A stretch of 64,000 bases of DNA from Minisyncoccota bacterium (GCA_012515515.1 JAAYYE010000006.1:252-64251), one strand, 5' to 3'; counted from the stretch's first letter, positions 11,342-21,279 are shown. A program made the numbers and translations. The notes: generated by a model from the letters alone, not told the origin.

Positions 11342-12709
11342 TTATCGCCAGTTGGCTAAGAAAAAGTAAAGATAGTGAGCAGCTTTTTCTGGAACCGGTA
11401 AGGCAGTCCAATGGGGATAAAAAAGCATAGCCACTAACAGCGGCCAAAATAAGAAATGAAAGATTAGCGCTCGGCGCTGGTCTTTAGATTTGATTGTTAA
11501 ACTAAATAAATACACTGGCCAAGCAACTAATAAAACCAGATAGGGGAGCGCAGGCAAGAAATGATAAAAAAACATTGGTCTAGCAAATAAAATCCAAGGT
11601 AAAAAAGATGCTAAAAAAACTATCAGCAGCCTTAAATAGGTGGGCTGAAAAAGTGTCGCTTGCCATTTTTTTATCAAAGCTTTGCTTTTCAAACTTTTTT
11701 TCCATTGCCATAAAAAAACAGGTAAAGCAAGCAAGTACAAAAAAAGCAGGGGATTGCCTTGCGCATAAATATCCTGACGCCAGTTGCTATGCGATAAATC
11801 AGTAAAATACCAAACCGGTCGCCAATTAAGTATCCAAGCTAGTGGCCCCGATTGATAAGGATGAGGACTGGCCCAATGTAATTGAAAATTTAAAATCTGC
11901 TTCTGTAACTGAAAAAAATCAAGCAAACTTTTACCACTGAAAAAATAGGGAAGATAAGCAAATACATAAATCACCACTGGGGTTAGCAATAAGGAAAAGA
12001 GGACAAATGCCAATTGTTGATAGGATTTTTCCTTAAAAATTCGCCATAATTCCAGAACTAAAAACAGAATAATTAACCAAACGGCAGACCACTTAGTACT
12101 GAGAGCCAAAGCCAACATTAGGCCACTCAAGAAAAAGACAATTAAGTTTTTTTGCCGACGATACAAAAAATAAAAATAACTGGCACTCAGCGTAAAAAAT
12201 AAATAAAAAATATCGTTCATGGCTAGGCGACTCTGCACTAAAAATAAACCATCACTGGCAAACAGAGCACTGGCGATTAAGGCAAAATTGATGGCTAAAT
12301 CTTCTTTTTGCAGCTTGCTTTTAATTAATTTATTAATTTTGTTATTGTCTAAAAGTGCAAGAGCCAATTCCTTAGCTAAAAAATAAAAAACTAGCAAAGC
12401 CATTAGCCCAAAAAGCACCGAGGGCAAGCGCCAGCTGACTGGGGCTGGCCAGAAGTTAAAAAAGCGCAAAGTAAAGGCTTGCAGGTACTTGGCCAAAGGC
12501 GGATGCAACCAATCAAAATAAATTGGCCAATCGGCCCGATGCCACCACTCAAAAGGCGTCGTAAAATCCCCAGCTGCTAACATTTGCAACGCTGGCACAT
12601 GATAGACTTCATCAAAATACATCTGTTCGGGGATATTTAAACGCCATAGGCGCAAAAAAAGAGAAATTAATAAAATTAAACCCAATAAAATGATTTCTTT
12701 AATTTTCAC
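11342..12709 (-). CDS. GT39/PMT-family (ArnT-like) membrane glycosyltransferase
   Basis: About 12 TM helices; the first loop carries the acidic DE motif (YFDEVYH) characteristic of dolichyl/undecaprenyl-phosphate-sugar glycosyltransferases (PMT/ArnT). Confidence 0.55.
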   Translation of the reverse strand: MKIKEIILLGLILLISLFLRLWRLNIPEQMYFDEVYHVPALQMLAAGDFTTPFEWWHRADWPIYFDWLHPPLAKYLQAFTLRFFNFWPAPVSWRLPSVLFGLMALLVFYFLAKELALALLDNNKINKLIKSKLQKEDLAINFALIASALFASDGLFLVQSRLAMNDIFYLFFTLSASYFYFLYRRQKNLIVFFLSGLMLALALSTKWSAVWLIILFLVLELWRIFKEKSYQQLAFVLFSLLLTPVVIYVFAYLPYFFSGKSLLDFFQLQKQILNFQLHWASPHPYQSGPLAWILNWRPVWYFTDLSHSNWRQDIYAQGNPLLFLYLLALPVFLWQWKKSLKSKALIKKWQATLFQPTYLRLLIVFLASFLPWILFARPMFFYHFLPALPYLVLLVAWPVYLFSLTIKSKDQRRALIFHFLFWPLLVAMLFYPHWTALPVPEKAAHYLYFFLANWR

Positions 12710-12776
12710 TATCTATCAGAATATATATAAATAGTACAAATTTTCAAGTTGTAAGTTAAAAAATTACCCAGTCAAT

Positions 12777-13460
12777 TTATCCCAAAGCCTGCATGAGCAG
12801 GATAAAATCATTTAATTCTAATGCGGCACTCGACACCAACACCCCATCACTAATCGCTAAAAAGTCTTTAATGTTGCTGGGATTGACACTGCCACCATAA
12901 ATTAATGGATTAAAGGGAAAAAATTGACGAAGTTTTTGAAAAAAAGCCTTGACTGTCTCAGGCTCAACTGCTTGACCGCTGCCAATGGCTGAAACGGGTT
13001 CATAAGCCACACTCACTCGGGTTCTTTCTTGTTCTGTTAAGAGTTTAGCCTGTTCAGGAAAATCAGGCTCATCTAAACACAACATGACTCCGATATCTGC
13101 TGCTAAAGCTCTGTGCACTTTGCTAGCAACTAGTTGCGAACTTTCATTAAATAGCTTGCGTCTTTCACTATGGCCAATAATTGCCATTTCTACACCTAAA
13201 AATTCTAAATTTTTGGCCACTACCTCGCCCGTATAAGCTCCTGCTCCTTGTGCGCTAATATCTTGCACTGCCAAACTAATCGCCAATTGCTGATGATCAA
13301 TTAAGCGACGCATCTGAGCGATAAAAGGAAAGGGTGGAGCGATTAATAATCTCAAATCTGGCTTATTAGCCAGTAAGTCTTTCGGAAAATTATTTAACCA
13401 ATGCTCAACCTCAATAATATTTTTATTGGCTTTCCAATTTAGTAAAATTGTTTTTTGCAC
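12777..13460 (-). CDS. tpiA: Triosephosphate isomerase
   Basis: NWKAN near the N-terminus, IGHSERR, AYEPVSAIGSG and a C-terminal YGGSV, all matching TIM signatures. Confidence 0.85.
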   Translation of the reverse strand: MQKTILLNWKANKNIIEVEHWLNNFPKDLLANKPDLRLLIAPPFPFIAQMRRLIDHQQLAISLAVQDISAQGAGAYTGEVVAKNLEFLGVEMAIIGHSERRKLFNESSQLVASKVHRALAADIGVMLCLDEPDFPEQAKLLTEQERTRVSVAYEPVSAIGSGQAVEPETVKAFFQKLRQFFPFNPLIYGGSVNPSNIKDFLAISDGVLVSSAALELNDFILLMQALG

Positions 13461-13578
13461 AATTTTATTTTAGCCAAAAGCAGATCACAAAGCAATTTTT
13501 AGCATTTAGAACAATTTTTGCCATTTAAGGCAATTTGCCATTTTGCCATTTATTAAAAACTAGCAATTTTATGCTACG

Positions 13579-15579
13579 ATGATCATTATGTTTGAGAGTC
13601 AGGAAATCTTGGACCAGCTTAATAGTGAACAGCGCCAAGCAGTCTTACACAACACTGGACCTGCGCTTGTTTTGGCCGGGGCTGGGAGTGGCAAAACTCG
13701 AGTCTTAACCAGTCGGGCTGTTTATCTGATTAAAGAAGGATTAGCTAAAGCCAATGAGGTACTGCTACTAACTTTCACCAACAAGGCTGCCAATGAAATG
13801 AAAAGGCGGGTTTTAGAATACAGTGGCCAAGAACTAAGCTATTCTGGAACATTTCATAGTTTAGGAGCAAAAATATTACGCTTAGAAAGCAAGCGAGCTC
13901 TCCAAAATAATCAGGCATTACAAATTAATCAAAGAGTTTTGAGCCATCAATTCACCATTTATGATGATCAAGATCAACTTCATCTATTAAAAAATATTTT
14001 AAAAGAAAAAAATATTGATCAAGAAAAATATAAGATTGCATTGGTTCAAGCACTAATTAGTAAAATTAAAAATCAATTGCTGAGTCCAAGTGAGTATCTT
14101 GATGGCGTCAACAATGATTTCGGTGAGACGATTGCCAAACTTTATCAAAGCTATGAGCGGCGTCTGCAACAAGAAAATGCCCTAGATTTTGATGATTTAT
14201 TAATTCTGGCTTATCGATTATTAATGGAAAATGAGGCAGTGCGTCACCACTATCAAACTCAGTTTAAATACATCTTAATTGATGAATTTCAAGACAGCAA
14301 TAAAGTTCAATACTTGTTGAGTAAAATTTTAGCTCAGCCACAAAATGAGTTGTTTGCGGTCGGTGATTTTTCACAAAGTATTTATGCTTGGCGCGGAGCT
14401 GATTATCGTAATCTTCAACAATTAAAAAGTGATTTTTCTCAATTGAAAGAATATCATTTGGAGCAAAATTATCGTTCCACCCAGAACATTCTAGATGCAG
14501 CAACGCAACTTATTCAACAAAACCAACTGCACCCAATTTTAAAATTATGGACTGACAACAGCAAGCAAGCACATAAAATCCAAGTTCACGAACTAAGCAA
14601 TGGTGAATTAGAAGCTGAAACAATTGTCAAACTGATTAGGCAAGAATTTGTTGATTCGCTAGATCAAATTGCGGTTTTATATCGCACCAATGCCCAGTCT
14701 CGGGCACTGGAGGAAGCTTTAATTCGTCAGCAACTGCCTTACCAAATTATTGGTGGGACAAAATTTTATCAACGCAAAGAAATTAAAGATTTATTGGCCT
14801 ATTTGCGCCTGTCTTTTAATAAAGATGATAGCCCAAGCTTGAATCGCGTCATTAAGCTCGGCAAAAGACGCTTTATGCGTTTTCAAGAGTGGTTGCTTAA
14901 AGCTGAACAAAATATTTTAAATAATCCCGGTTTAGCTTTGCAAGAAATCATTAAAATAAGCGAATACAACAATAAATTTGATAAAAATAATCCTGATGAC
15001 CTAAATCGCTTAGATAATATTGATGAATTACTCAATGTGGCCAGTTTATTTGAGGACAGTCAAATCTTTCTAGAAAACGTCGCTTTAGTTCAAGATGGTT
15101 ATTTGCCTGATAAACAAAATCAACAGCACTACCAAGGCGTGAAACTGATGAGTTTACATTCGGCTAAAGGCTTAGAATTTGACACTGTTTTTATGGTAGG
15201 CATGGAGGAGGGTTTGTTACCGCACAATCGATCTATGCTTAATGAAGAAGAACTAGAGGAGGAACGTCGATTGTGTTACGTCGGCATCACCCGGGCCAAA
15301 AAACAACTAATTTTTAGCTATGCTCGCAATCGTTATCAATTTGGTGGAACCCAGCAAAATTTACCCAGTCGTTTTCTTGGAGAAATTCATACCAGCTTAT
15401 TAAGCATTCATCACCATTTTGATGAGGATACACAAGCTGGAAATTATTATGCTTATAAAAAGCGGCGGCAAAAACTTAAAACAACAAACAATACTAAAAG
15501 ACGCTTAATTATTGATGAAGAACAGTTAGACGCCCTGTTAAATGATGAAATAGACATCAAAGATTTTATCAATGATTGA
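13579..15579 (+). CDS. pcrA: UvrD/PcrA-family ATP-dependent DNA helicase
   Basis: Walker A AGAGSGKTRVLT, helicase motif II DEFQDSN, and the UvrD C-terminal domain (GLEFD, VGITRAK). Confidence 0.88.
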   Translation: MIIMFESQEILDQLNSEQRQAVLHNTGPALVLAGAGSGKTRVLTSRAVYLIKEGLAKANEVLLLTFTNKAANEMKRRVLEYSGQELSYSGTFHSLGAKILRLESKRALQNNQALQINQRVLSHQFTIYDDQDQLHLLKNILKEKNIDQEKYKIALVQALISKIKNQLLSPSEYLDGVNNDFGETIAKLYQSYERRLQQENALDFDDLLILAYRLLMENEAVRHHYQTQFKYILIDEFQDSNKVQYLLSKILAQPQNELFAVGDFSQSIYAWRGADYRNLQQLKSDFSQLKEYHLEQNYRSTQNILDAATQLIQQNQLHPILKLWTDNSKQAHKIQVHELSNGELEAETIVKLIRQEFVDSLDQIAVLYRTNAQSRALEEALIRQQLPYQIIGGTKFYQRKEIKDLLAYLRLSFNKDDSPSLNRVIKLGKRRFMRFQEWLLKAEQNILNNPGLALQEIIKISEYNNKFDKNNPDDLNRLDNIDELLNVASLFEDSQIFLENVALVQDGYLPDKQNQQHYQGVKLMSLHSAKGLEFDTVFMVGMEEGLLPHNRSMLNEEELEEERRLCYVGITRAKKQLIFSYARNRYQFGGTQQNLPSRFLGEIHTSLLSIHHHFDEDTQAGNYYAYKKRRQKLKTTNNTKRRLIIDEEQLDALLNDEIDIKDFIND

Positions 15580-15617
15580 AGCCCTACTGACAAGAGAGCT
15601 TTTTTCTCCTATAATCA

Positions 15618-16664
15618 ATGACTACAAATATGTTAATCAGAAATATTAGACCAGAAGAAAAAGACATTTATAACCGTGCGGTTATTCACCCAATTCAATC
15701 ATATGAGTGGGGAGAGTTTCGTAAAAAAACCGGTTTAGAGGTGGAACGCATTGGCTTTTTTGCTGGAGGAAAACTGCAAAAAGCCATGACGGTCACCTTC
15801 CACAAACTGCCCTTTGTTAATTACACCATTGGTTATTTCCCTAAAGGTTTAACGCCAGACGAAGAGCAAATGAGTACTTTACAACAATTAGCCGAAAAGC
15901 ATCGGGCTATTTGTATTAAATTGGAACCAGCCGTTATTAAAGAATTAGATCAGCAACATGACAATCATCCTAGCGTTAAATTTCTCAAAAAATATCAAAT
16001 AGAGGAGGGGCGTTCTTTATTTACTCCTTTCACTTTTCATTTAAATCTTAAACTTTCTGAAGAAGAGTTAATGAACAAGATGACTAGTAAAGCTCGTTAC
16101 AACACGCGCTTGGCCATGAAAAAAGGCGTGAAAGTCGTTGAAGACAGCAGCGAGCGGGGCTTGGAAGATTACATTAAAATTCTAGAAGAGACCACTAAAA
16201 GACAAGCTTTTTATGCCCATTCTCCAGAATATTTTCGCAAAATGTGGCAAGTTTTTAAAGATAGCGGCATCATGCATATTTTAAAAGCCAGCTATGAAAA
16301 TCAAGTGTTAGTGGTGTGGATTGTCTTTGTCTTTAACAATGTCCTTTATTATCCTTATGGTGCTTCAAGCAGTAGCCATCGCGAAGTGATGGCCAGTAAT
16401 TTAATGATGTGGGAAACAATTCGCTTTGGCAAAAAACATAATTGCCAACTTTTTGATATGTGGGGAGCGCTTGGACTGAATCCAAATCCCAAAGACCCCT
16501 GGTTTGGTTTTCATCGTTTTAAGCGTAGCTATGGTGGCCAGTTAGTTGAAAGCATTGGCACCTATGATTTGGTATATCAATACCCAATGTATAAATTGTA
16601 CACTGTGGGGGACGCTTTGCGCTGGAAGTTCTTGCGCTTAAAGAAAAAATTTACTAAACTATAA
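15618..16664 (+). CDS. FemAB/FemX-family peptidoglycan interpeptide-bridge aminoacyltransferase (putative)
   Basis: Overall resemblance to the FemX/MurM family (SYEWGEFRKK, KARYNTRLA, YGASSS, FKRSYGG). Confidence 0.6.
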   Translation: MTTNMLIRNIRPEEKDIYNRAVIHPIQSYEWGEFRKKTGLEVERIGFFAGGKLQKAMTVTFHKLPFVNYTIGYFPKGLTPDEEQMSTLQQLAEKHRAICIKLEPAVIKELDQQHDNHPSVKFLKKYQIEEGRSLFTPFTFHLNLKLSEEELMNKMTSKARYNTRLAMKKGVKVVEDSSERGLEDYIKILEETTKRQAFYAHSPEYFRKMWQVFKDSGIMHILKASYENQVLVVWIVFVFNNVLYYPYGASSSSHREVMASNLMMWETIRFGKKHNCQLFDMWGALGLNPNPKDPWFGFHRFKRSYGGQLVESIGTYDLVYQYPMYKLYTVGDALRWKFLRLKKKFTKL

Positions 16665-16684
16665 CCAAAATAAGGAGCCTGCCT

Positions 16685-17734
16685 ATGAAAAATTTTGCCA
16701 TTAATGGCCTTGGTCGAATTGGTCGCCTTGCTTTTAGAGTGTGGTTTGCCAAACATCGTCAAGTTTTAGACCTAAAAGTCATTAATACTTCAGGATCAAT
16801 GGATGTGGAAGGCTGGGCTAAATTATTAAAATATGACAGCATTTATGGCACCTTTAATGAGGCAATTAGCTTTGAAGAGTTAAAAAAAGTTAAAGACTTG
16901 GCAGATGGCGAAATTGAGCTTGGTTATTTAATTATTGGCGAACATAGAATTGTAGTGACTGCCGAGCGCGACCCAGCTAAAATCCCCTGGGAAAAATATG
17001 AAGTCTACAGTGTCTTAGAATCAACCGGCGCTTTTGAAAAAGCTAAAAAAGCGGCTCTACATTTGCAAGCAGGCGCTAAAAAGGTTTTACTCTCTGCACC
17101 AGGGAAAGAAGATCCAGATAATTTAATCAACACCGCTGTCATTGGCGTCAATGAAATTGATCAAAGTAAAGATATTTTTTCCAATGCTTCTTGTACCACT
17201 AATTGTGTCGCACCAGTTGTGCAAATTATTCAAGATAATTTCGGCATCGAAAAAGCCATTTTAACCACTATTCACTCTTTTACCAGTGATCAAAATTTAC
17301 ATGACAATTCTCACCATAAAGATTTGCGACGCGCTCGATCAGCAACCCTCAATTTAGTGCCAACTTCGACTGGAGCAGCCAAAGCCACAGCTGACATTAT
17401 CCCCAGCCTTAAGAGTAAATTCGACGGCCTAGCTATTCGTGTACCTACTCCAACGGTGTCTATTTCTGACATTACTTTTTTGTTAAGTAAAGACAGTAAG
17501 CTAGAAGACATCAAACAAACTTTTATCGAAGCCGCTCGGGGCAAATATCAGGGAATTGTCGCAGTGAGCGAGGAGCCCCTGGTATCTAGTGATTTTATCG
17601 CTTGTGAGTATAGTGCGGTGGTAGATTTACCACTTCTACAATTAATTGATGGCAATTTATTAAAGGTAATCGCCTGGTACGATAATGAGTGGGGCTACAC
17701 CTGTCGCTTAATGGAACAATTAAGCAAAATTTAA
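16685..17734 (+). CDS. gap: Glyceraldehyde-3-phosphate dehydrogenase
   Basis: INGLGRIGR NAD-binding N-terminus; active-site ASCTTNCVAP; C-terminal WYDNEWGY. Confidence 0.9.
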   Translation: MKNFAINGLGRIGRLAFRVWFAKHRQVLDLKVINTSGSMDVEGWAKLLKYDSIYGTFNEAISFEELKKVKDLADGEIELGYLIIGEHRIVVTAERDPAKIPWEKYEVYSVLESTGAFEKAKKAALHLQAGAKKVLLSAPGKEDPDNLINTAVIGVNEIDQSKDIFSNASCTTNCVAPVVQIIQDNFGIEKAILTTIHSFTSDQNLHDNSHHKDLRRARSATLNLVPTSTGAAKATADIIPSLKSKFDGLAIRVPTPTVSISDITFLLSKDSKLEDIKQTFIEAARGKYQGIVAVSEEPLVSSDFIACEYSAVVDLPLLQLIDGNLLKVIAWYDNEWGYTCRLMEQLSKI

Positions 17735-17802
17735 TAAGTAGCACGCATTTGACTAGGTTTTTCAAGCCCTCTAACCAGCTGCTAAATCATGAGGTATAAT
17801 GC

Positions 17803-18810
17803 TTGCTTATGACAAAAACGAAAAAAGCACAACAGGCTAGTGTCAACTCCAAAGAAACTAAAAAACCCTCTTTAATTAGTCCTAATGATCAATTGCGGAT
17901 TAATATTGCTTGGTCTGAAATTGAACAGCCCTATCAAAAAACCATTCGTGATCTGGCAAAAAAGCTGAAAGTTGAAGGCTTTCGCCAGGGGAAAGTGCCT
18001 TTAGCTATCGCAGAAAAGCAAATTTCTTTAGAAAAAGCAGCAGAAATTATTCTCAAAGATATTTTACCCGATAAATACATTAAAGCTTTAAAAGAAAGCA
18101 AAAAACAAGCCATTACTGCCCCAGAATACCATTTGGTGTCGCTCAAAAAAGGTGAAGATTGGGTAATAGATGCTTACTTTTGTGAAGCTCCACAAATCAA
18201 GCTCAAAGATTATAAAAATCACATTAAAACTGCTAAAAAAGCCGCTGCTGAATTTATCAAAAAACACAATGAGACCAAACCAGAAGTAAAAACCGAAAAA
18301 ATAGAAAAAAAAGATGGAAAAAAAGAGGAAAAAACTCAAAGTGAAGCTTCAAAAACAGCCGGTCAAGCTCCAGCAAAACTCTCTCCAGATCAAGAAAAGG
18401 AAATTTACTACCAACATATTCTGCGAGAATTAGTGCTTAATATTCGTCCAAGCATTGGTGAGCTGTTACTGCGTCGGGAAACTCAAGCAGAATTTGCAAG
18501 ATTTAAAGAACAGCTAGCTGCCTATCAATTAAGTCTTGAAAAATATTTAGCACAGCGACAAATCACTATAGAAGAACTAAGCAATGAGTTGGCTGGTACA
18601 GTCTTAAATCGTTTACAAATCGATTTTGTCTTAGCGGCAATTGCCAGGGAGCGTCAATTAAAAGTTAGCGATCAAGATCTGCAGAAAGCCTTGGCTGATA
18701 TTCAAGACGAAAAACTTCGCGAACAAATTTCAGCCCATGAACATTATCTGGATAGTTTTAAGGCTCAATTATTGCGTCAACAAACTATTAATAGCTTATT
18801 AGAAGATTAA
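17803..18810 (+). CDS. tig: Trigger factor (ribosome-associated chaperone), apparently lacking the FKBP/PPIase domain
   Basis: The N-terminal ribosome-binding domain carries the GFRQGKVP signature. The middle is a K/E-rich low-complexity linker where the PPIase domain should be. A helical C-domain follows. Length is 335 aa versus ~430 aa typical. Confidence 0.65.
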   Translation: MLMTKTKKAQQASVNSKETKKPSLISPNDQLRINIAWSEIEQPYQKTIRDLAKKLKVEGFRQGKVPLAIAEKQISLEKAAEIILKDILPDKYIKALKESKKQAITAPEYHLVSLKKGEDWVIDAYFCEAPQIKLKDYKNHIKTAKKAAAEFIKKHNETKPEVKTEKIEKKDGKKEEKTQSEASKTAGQAPAKLSPDQEKEIYYQHILRELVLNIRPSIGELLLRRETQAEFARFKEQLAAYQLSLEKYLAQRQITIEELSNELAGTVLNRLQIDFVLAAIARERQLKVSDQDLQKALADIQDEKLREQISAHEHYLDSFKAQLLRQQTINSLLED

Positions 18811-18843
18811 GCACTTAGTTTTTACTGATTCCAGAGGAAAAAC

Positions 18844-18872
18844 TTGACTTTGTACTATTTTGATCCTATAAT
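18844..18872 (+). promoter_or_regulatory. Consensus sigma70-type promoter (TTGACT, 17 nt spacer, TATAAT)
   Basis: -35 TTGACT at 18844-18849, exact 17-nt spacer, -10 TATAAT at 18867-18872, 64 nt upstream of the ATG at 18936. Confidence 0.6.
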
Positions 18873-18935
18873 ATATAGTTGATCTAATAAGTACTTTTAG
18901 TATTTATTGTTCTTTTCGCTAAACACGCTACAATC

Positions 18936-19586
18936 ATGAATAACTTGAATCAAAATAATAAATCATCAGCGAGGAATACTACTGGGCAAAATCAAAATTT
19001 GGCCAGAGCTCTTCTAGAGAGAGAAAAAAACGCTAATTCTTATATTCACTCAAGCGATGGTGGACATGATCAGCTAGATGCTTTTGCACGCGCCTTGAGT
19101 CAAAGTGGAGGAGACGCATTTTCTTCACTAGATAATAATGAGCGAAGAATTCAGGCTAGTGAGCTTGCTCAACAACAAAAAGAAGCTTTACGCCAAAAAT
19201 TACATGATCGCATCAATCCAGTTGAAACTCATGAAATTTTTACTGCTCAAGCTGAGCGAAATCTTAAAGAACTACAAGCAACTCGAGAAGAATTAAAAAT
19301 GTTGGCTGCAGATATTAAAAACTTGGACAAAGAAATCGATCTTGCTCTCAGTCGAGAAGTGGTTGATCCTGGTACTACCGGCATCGGCTTCTTTAATTTT
19401 TTTCACAAACTCCGCGAGTGGATTATGTTGTTACGCCAACAAGTTAATAGCGCTCGAACTTGGATGAATCAAGTAGCTGGCAAGGGTAAAAAGGGACGAG
19501 GAACAGCTTTCAGCTTTAAAAACAGTAAAAGTGTTCATGATGCCATGAATAGTGAGAGAAATTTTGGCATGAACATGGGTGGCTAA
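18936..19586 (+). CDS. Hypothetical protein (N/Q-rich N-terminus, coiled-coil middle)
   Basis: Intact 216-aa ORF downstream of a consensus promoter; no recognisable domain. Confidence 0.5.
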   Translation: MNNLNQNNKSSARNTTGQNQNLARALLEREKNANSYIHSSDGGHDQLDAFARALSQSGGDAFSSLDNNERRIQASELAQQQKEALRQKLHDRINPVETHEIFTAQAERNLKELQATREELKMLAADIKNLDKEIDLALSREVVDPGTTGIGFFNFFHKLREWIMLLRQQVNSARTWMNQVAGKGKKGRGTAFSFKNSKSVHDAMNSERNFGMNMGG

Positions 19587-19624
19587 ATATTCCCTTAGCT
19601 TAATTTTGACACGAACGCGGGTGG

Positions 19625-20200
19625 CTAAATATCCCATTGGCTTAATTTCACAGCAAAATCATAAGCTAAGCTTACTTGATCTTGCTCAAGTGATAATTTT
19701 TCTTTTTCAATCTCCTCTGACAATCGCTTGATTTCAGCACTTAATTGATCAATATTTGAATTTGTTAATTCCTGAAGCTCATTTTGATCTTTAATGTATT
19801 GTTGTACAAAACGAAGAATGGGTAAAATTTCCTCAGCCTTACTATTAATGATTTTTTCACTTAATAAGTGTAGTGCCGAAGCTGAAACTTGGCTTGTTTC
19901 TTCTTCACTTAACCAATATTGAGTCCTAAGATTTATTTCGTTCTTACTAGCCTTGTTTCTTAAATTAATGACATTTTCTCTTGTTTGTGAATCAAGGGCT
20001 GTAATTAATTCATCTAAAAAAGGCACTGGACAAAAACTCAGCACTTCTACGGCCAATGCTAGCCGTTGATCTGCTGCACTATCCGCATTATCTAATTGAA
20101 GCAATTGCTCGACTCGATCAAGAACACGACCTGGATCACCAAAAAAATAATAATTAGCTGGTACATCCAGCTGTTTTTGTTTGATCTTTTCATCACTCAT
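19625..20200 (-). CDS. Hypothetical coiled-coil protein
   Basis: Intact 191-aa ORF convergent with the 18936 gene; no recognisable domain. Confidence 0.45.
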   Translation of the reverse strand: MSDEKIKQKQLDVPANYYFFGDPGRVLDRVEQLLQLDNADSAADQRLALAVEVLSFCPVPFLDELITALDSQTRENVINLRNKASKNEINLRTQYWLSEEETSQVSASALHLLSEKIINSKAEEILPILRFVQQYIKDQNELQELTNSNIDQLSAEIKRLSEEIEKEKLSLEQDQVSLAYDFAVKLSQWDI

Positions 20201-20241
20201 AAGCCCCTTACTAGGGCAGACTAGTTGTCAATACTAAAAAG

Positions 20242-20315
20242 TGAGCTTGAGAGGACTCGAACCTCTGACCTCTTCGATGTCAACGAAGCGCTCTAACCAA
20301 CTGAGCTACAAGCTC
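20242..20315 (-). tRNA. tRNA-Val (anticodon GAC)
   Basis: Reverse complement folds as acceptor GAGCTTG/CAAGCTC, D-arm GCTC-AGTTGGTTA-GAGC, anticodon stem CTTCG/CGAAG with loop TTGACAT, T-arm AGAGG-TTCGAGT-CCTCT. Confidence 0.88.
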
Positions 20316-20372
20316 GATCATGAAGCAAATTGCATTATACTTGATGATAGTTGGCAAATCAATCTGTTTTTT

Positions 20373-20396
20373 TTGCTAAAAAATTCATGTTATAAT
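20373..20396 (+). promoter_or_regulatory. Putative extended -10 promoter for the infC-rpmI-rplT operon
   Basis: TGtTATAAT at 20388-20396 with TTGCTA at 20373-20378 (short spacer). A second TATAAT lies at 20476-20481. Confidence 0.4.
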
Positions 20397-20493
20397 CATT
20401 AAGGAAATTTGGAGAACATTAACTGTTGATAATCTCTGCCAGAGATTACTCACTAGTTTTTTGGGTAATTTATAGTATAATTCTTAACCTCAG

Positions 20494-21072
20494 GTGATCA
20501 GAAAAAAATATAACAAACATATAAAAGATAACTTATTTGTGAAAGCGAATGCCAACATTCGTTTTCCAGAGGTGCGCGTTTTAACAGAACATGGTGAGAT
20601 GGTGGGCACCATGTCGTCTAGAGAAGCTTTTGTGAAAGCCATGGACGAGGGTAAAGACTTGGTATTAATTACTGAAAAATCTCAACCGCCCATTGTTAAG
20701 ATTATTGAATTGTCGAAATACAAATATCAGTTAAAAAAGAAAGAAGCTGATAATCGTAAAAAATCGAAAATTCAAGATCTAAAAGAACTGCGTTTCTCAC
20801 CGGTAATCGGTGAGGGTGATTATCAAACCAGATTAAAACAGTTAAGAGAATTTTTGACCAAGGGTCACAAGGTAAAAATTACTCTTTTCTTTAAAGGTCG
20901 ACAAATCACTCATAAAAAAACCGGTTATGAAGTTTTTGCAAGAATCGTTGAAGATTGTCAAGATTTAGCAAAACTCGAAATTGAGCCTCGCCTAATTGGC
21001 AAAAAGCTACAAGCTCAATTAGCGCCACTGGGCAAAGAAAACAAAAACAAGGATAGTCATGAAAAAAATTAA
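20494..21072 (+). CDS. infC: Translation initiation factor IF-3
   Basis: IF3 N- and C-domain similarity (IRFPEVRV..., DLVLI, PPIVKI, KELRFSPVIGEGDYQ). The track start is a GTG; the true start may be a non-canonical codon, as is usual for infC. Confidence 0.85.
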   Translation: MIRKKYNKHIKDNLFVKANANIRFPEVRVLTEHGEMVGTMSSREAFVKAMDEGKDLVLITEKSQPPIVKIIELSKYKYQLKKKEADNRKKSKIQDLKELRFSPVIGEGDYQTRLKQLREFLTKGHKVKITLFFKGRQITHKKTGYEVFARIVEDCQDLAKLEIEPRLIGKKLQAQLAPLGKENKNKDSHEKN

Positions 21073-21262
21073 AGTTAAAACTAGAAAAGGCGTGGCCCGT
21101 CGTTTTCATATTACTGGCACTGGCAAAGTGATGCGACGTATTCAAAATCGTCGTCATTTGCGCAGAAACAAAAGTAAAAAAGCTATTCGTAATTACCGTA
21201 TCCCCGTTGAAGTTAAGGGTCCTTACGCATTAAAAATTAAAAGAATGCTCGGTCTTAATTAA
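21059..21262 (+). CDS. rpmI: 50S ribosomal protein L35
   Basis: MKKIKVKTRKGVARRFHITGTGKV; overlaps the end of infC as in the conserved infC-rpmI-rplT operon. Confidence 0.9.
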   Translation: MKKIKVKTRKGVARRFHITGTGKVMRRIQNRRHLRRNKSKKAIRNYRIPVEVKGPYALKIKRMLGLN

Positions 21263-21279
21263 TTTGTCAGAAAGTTATT

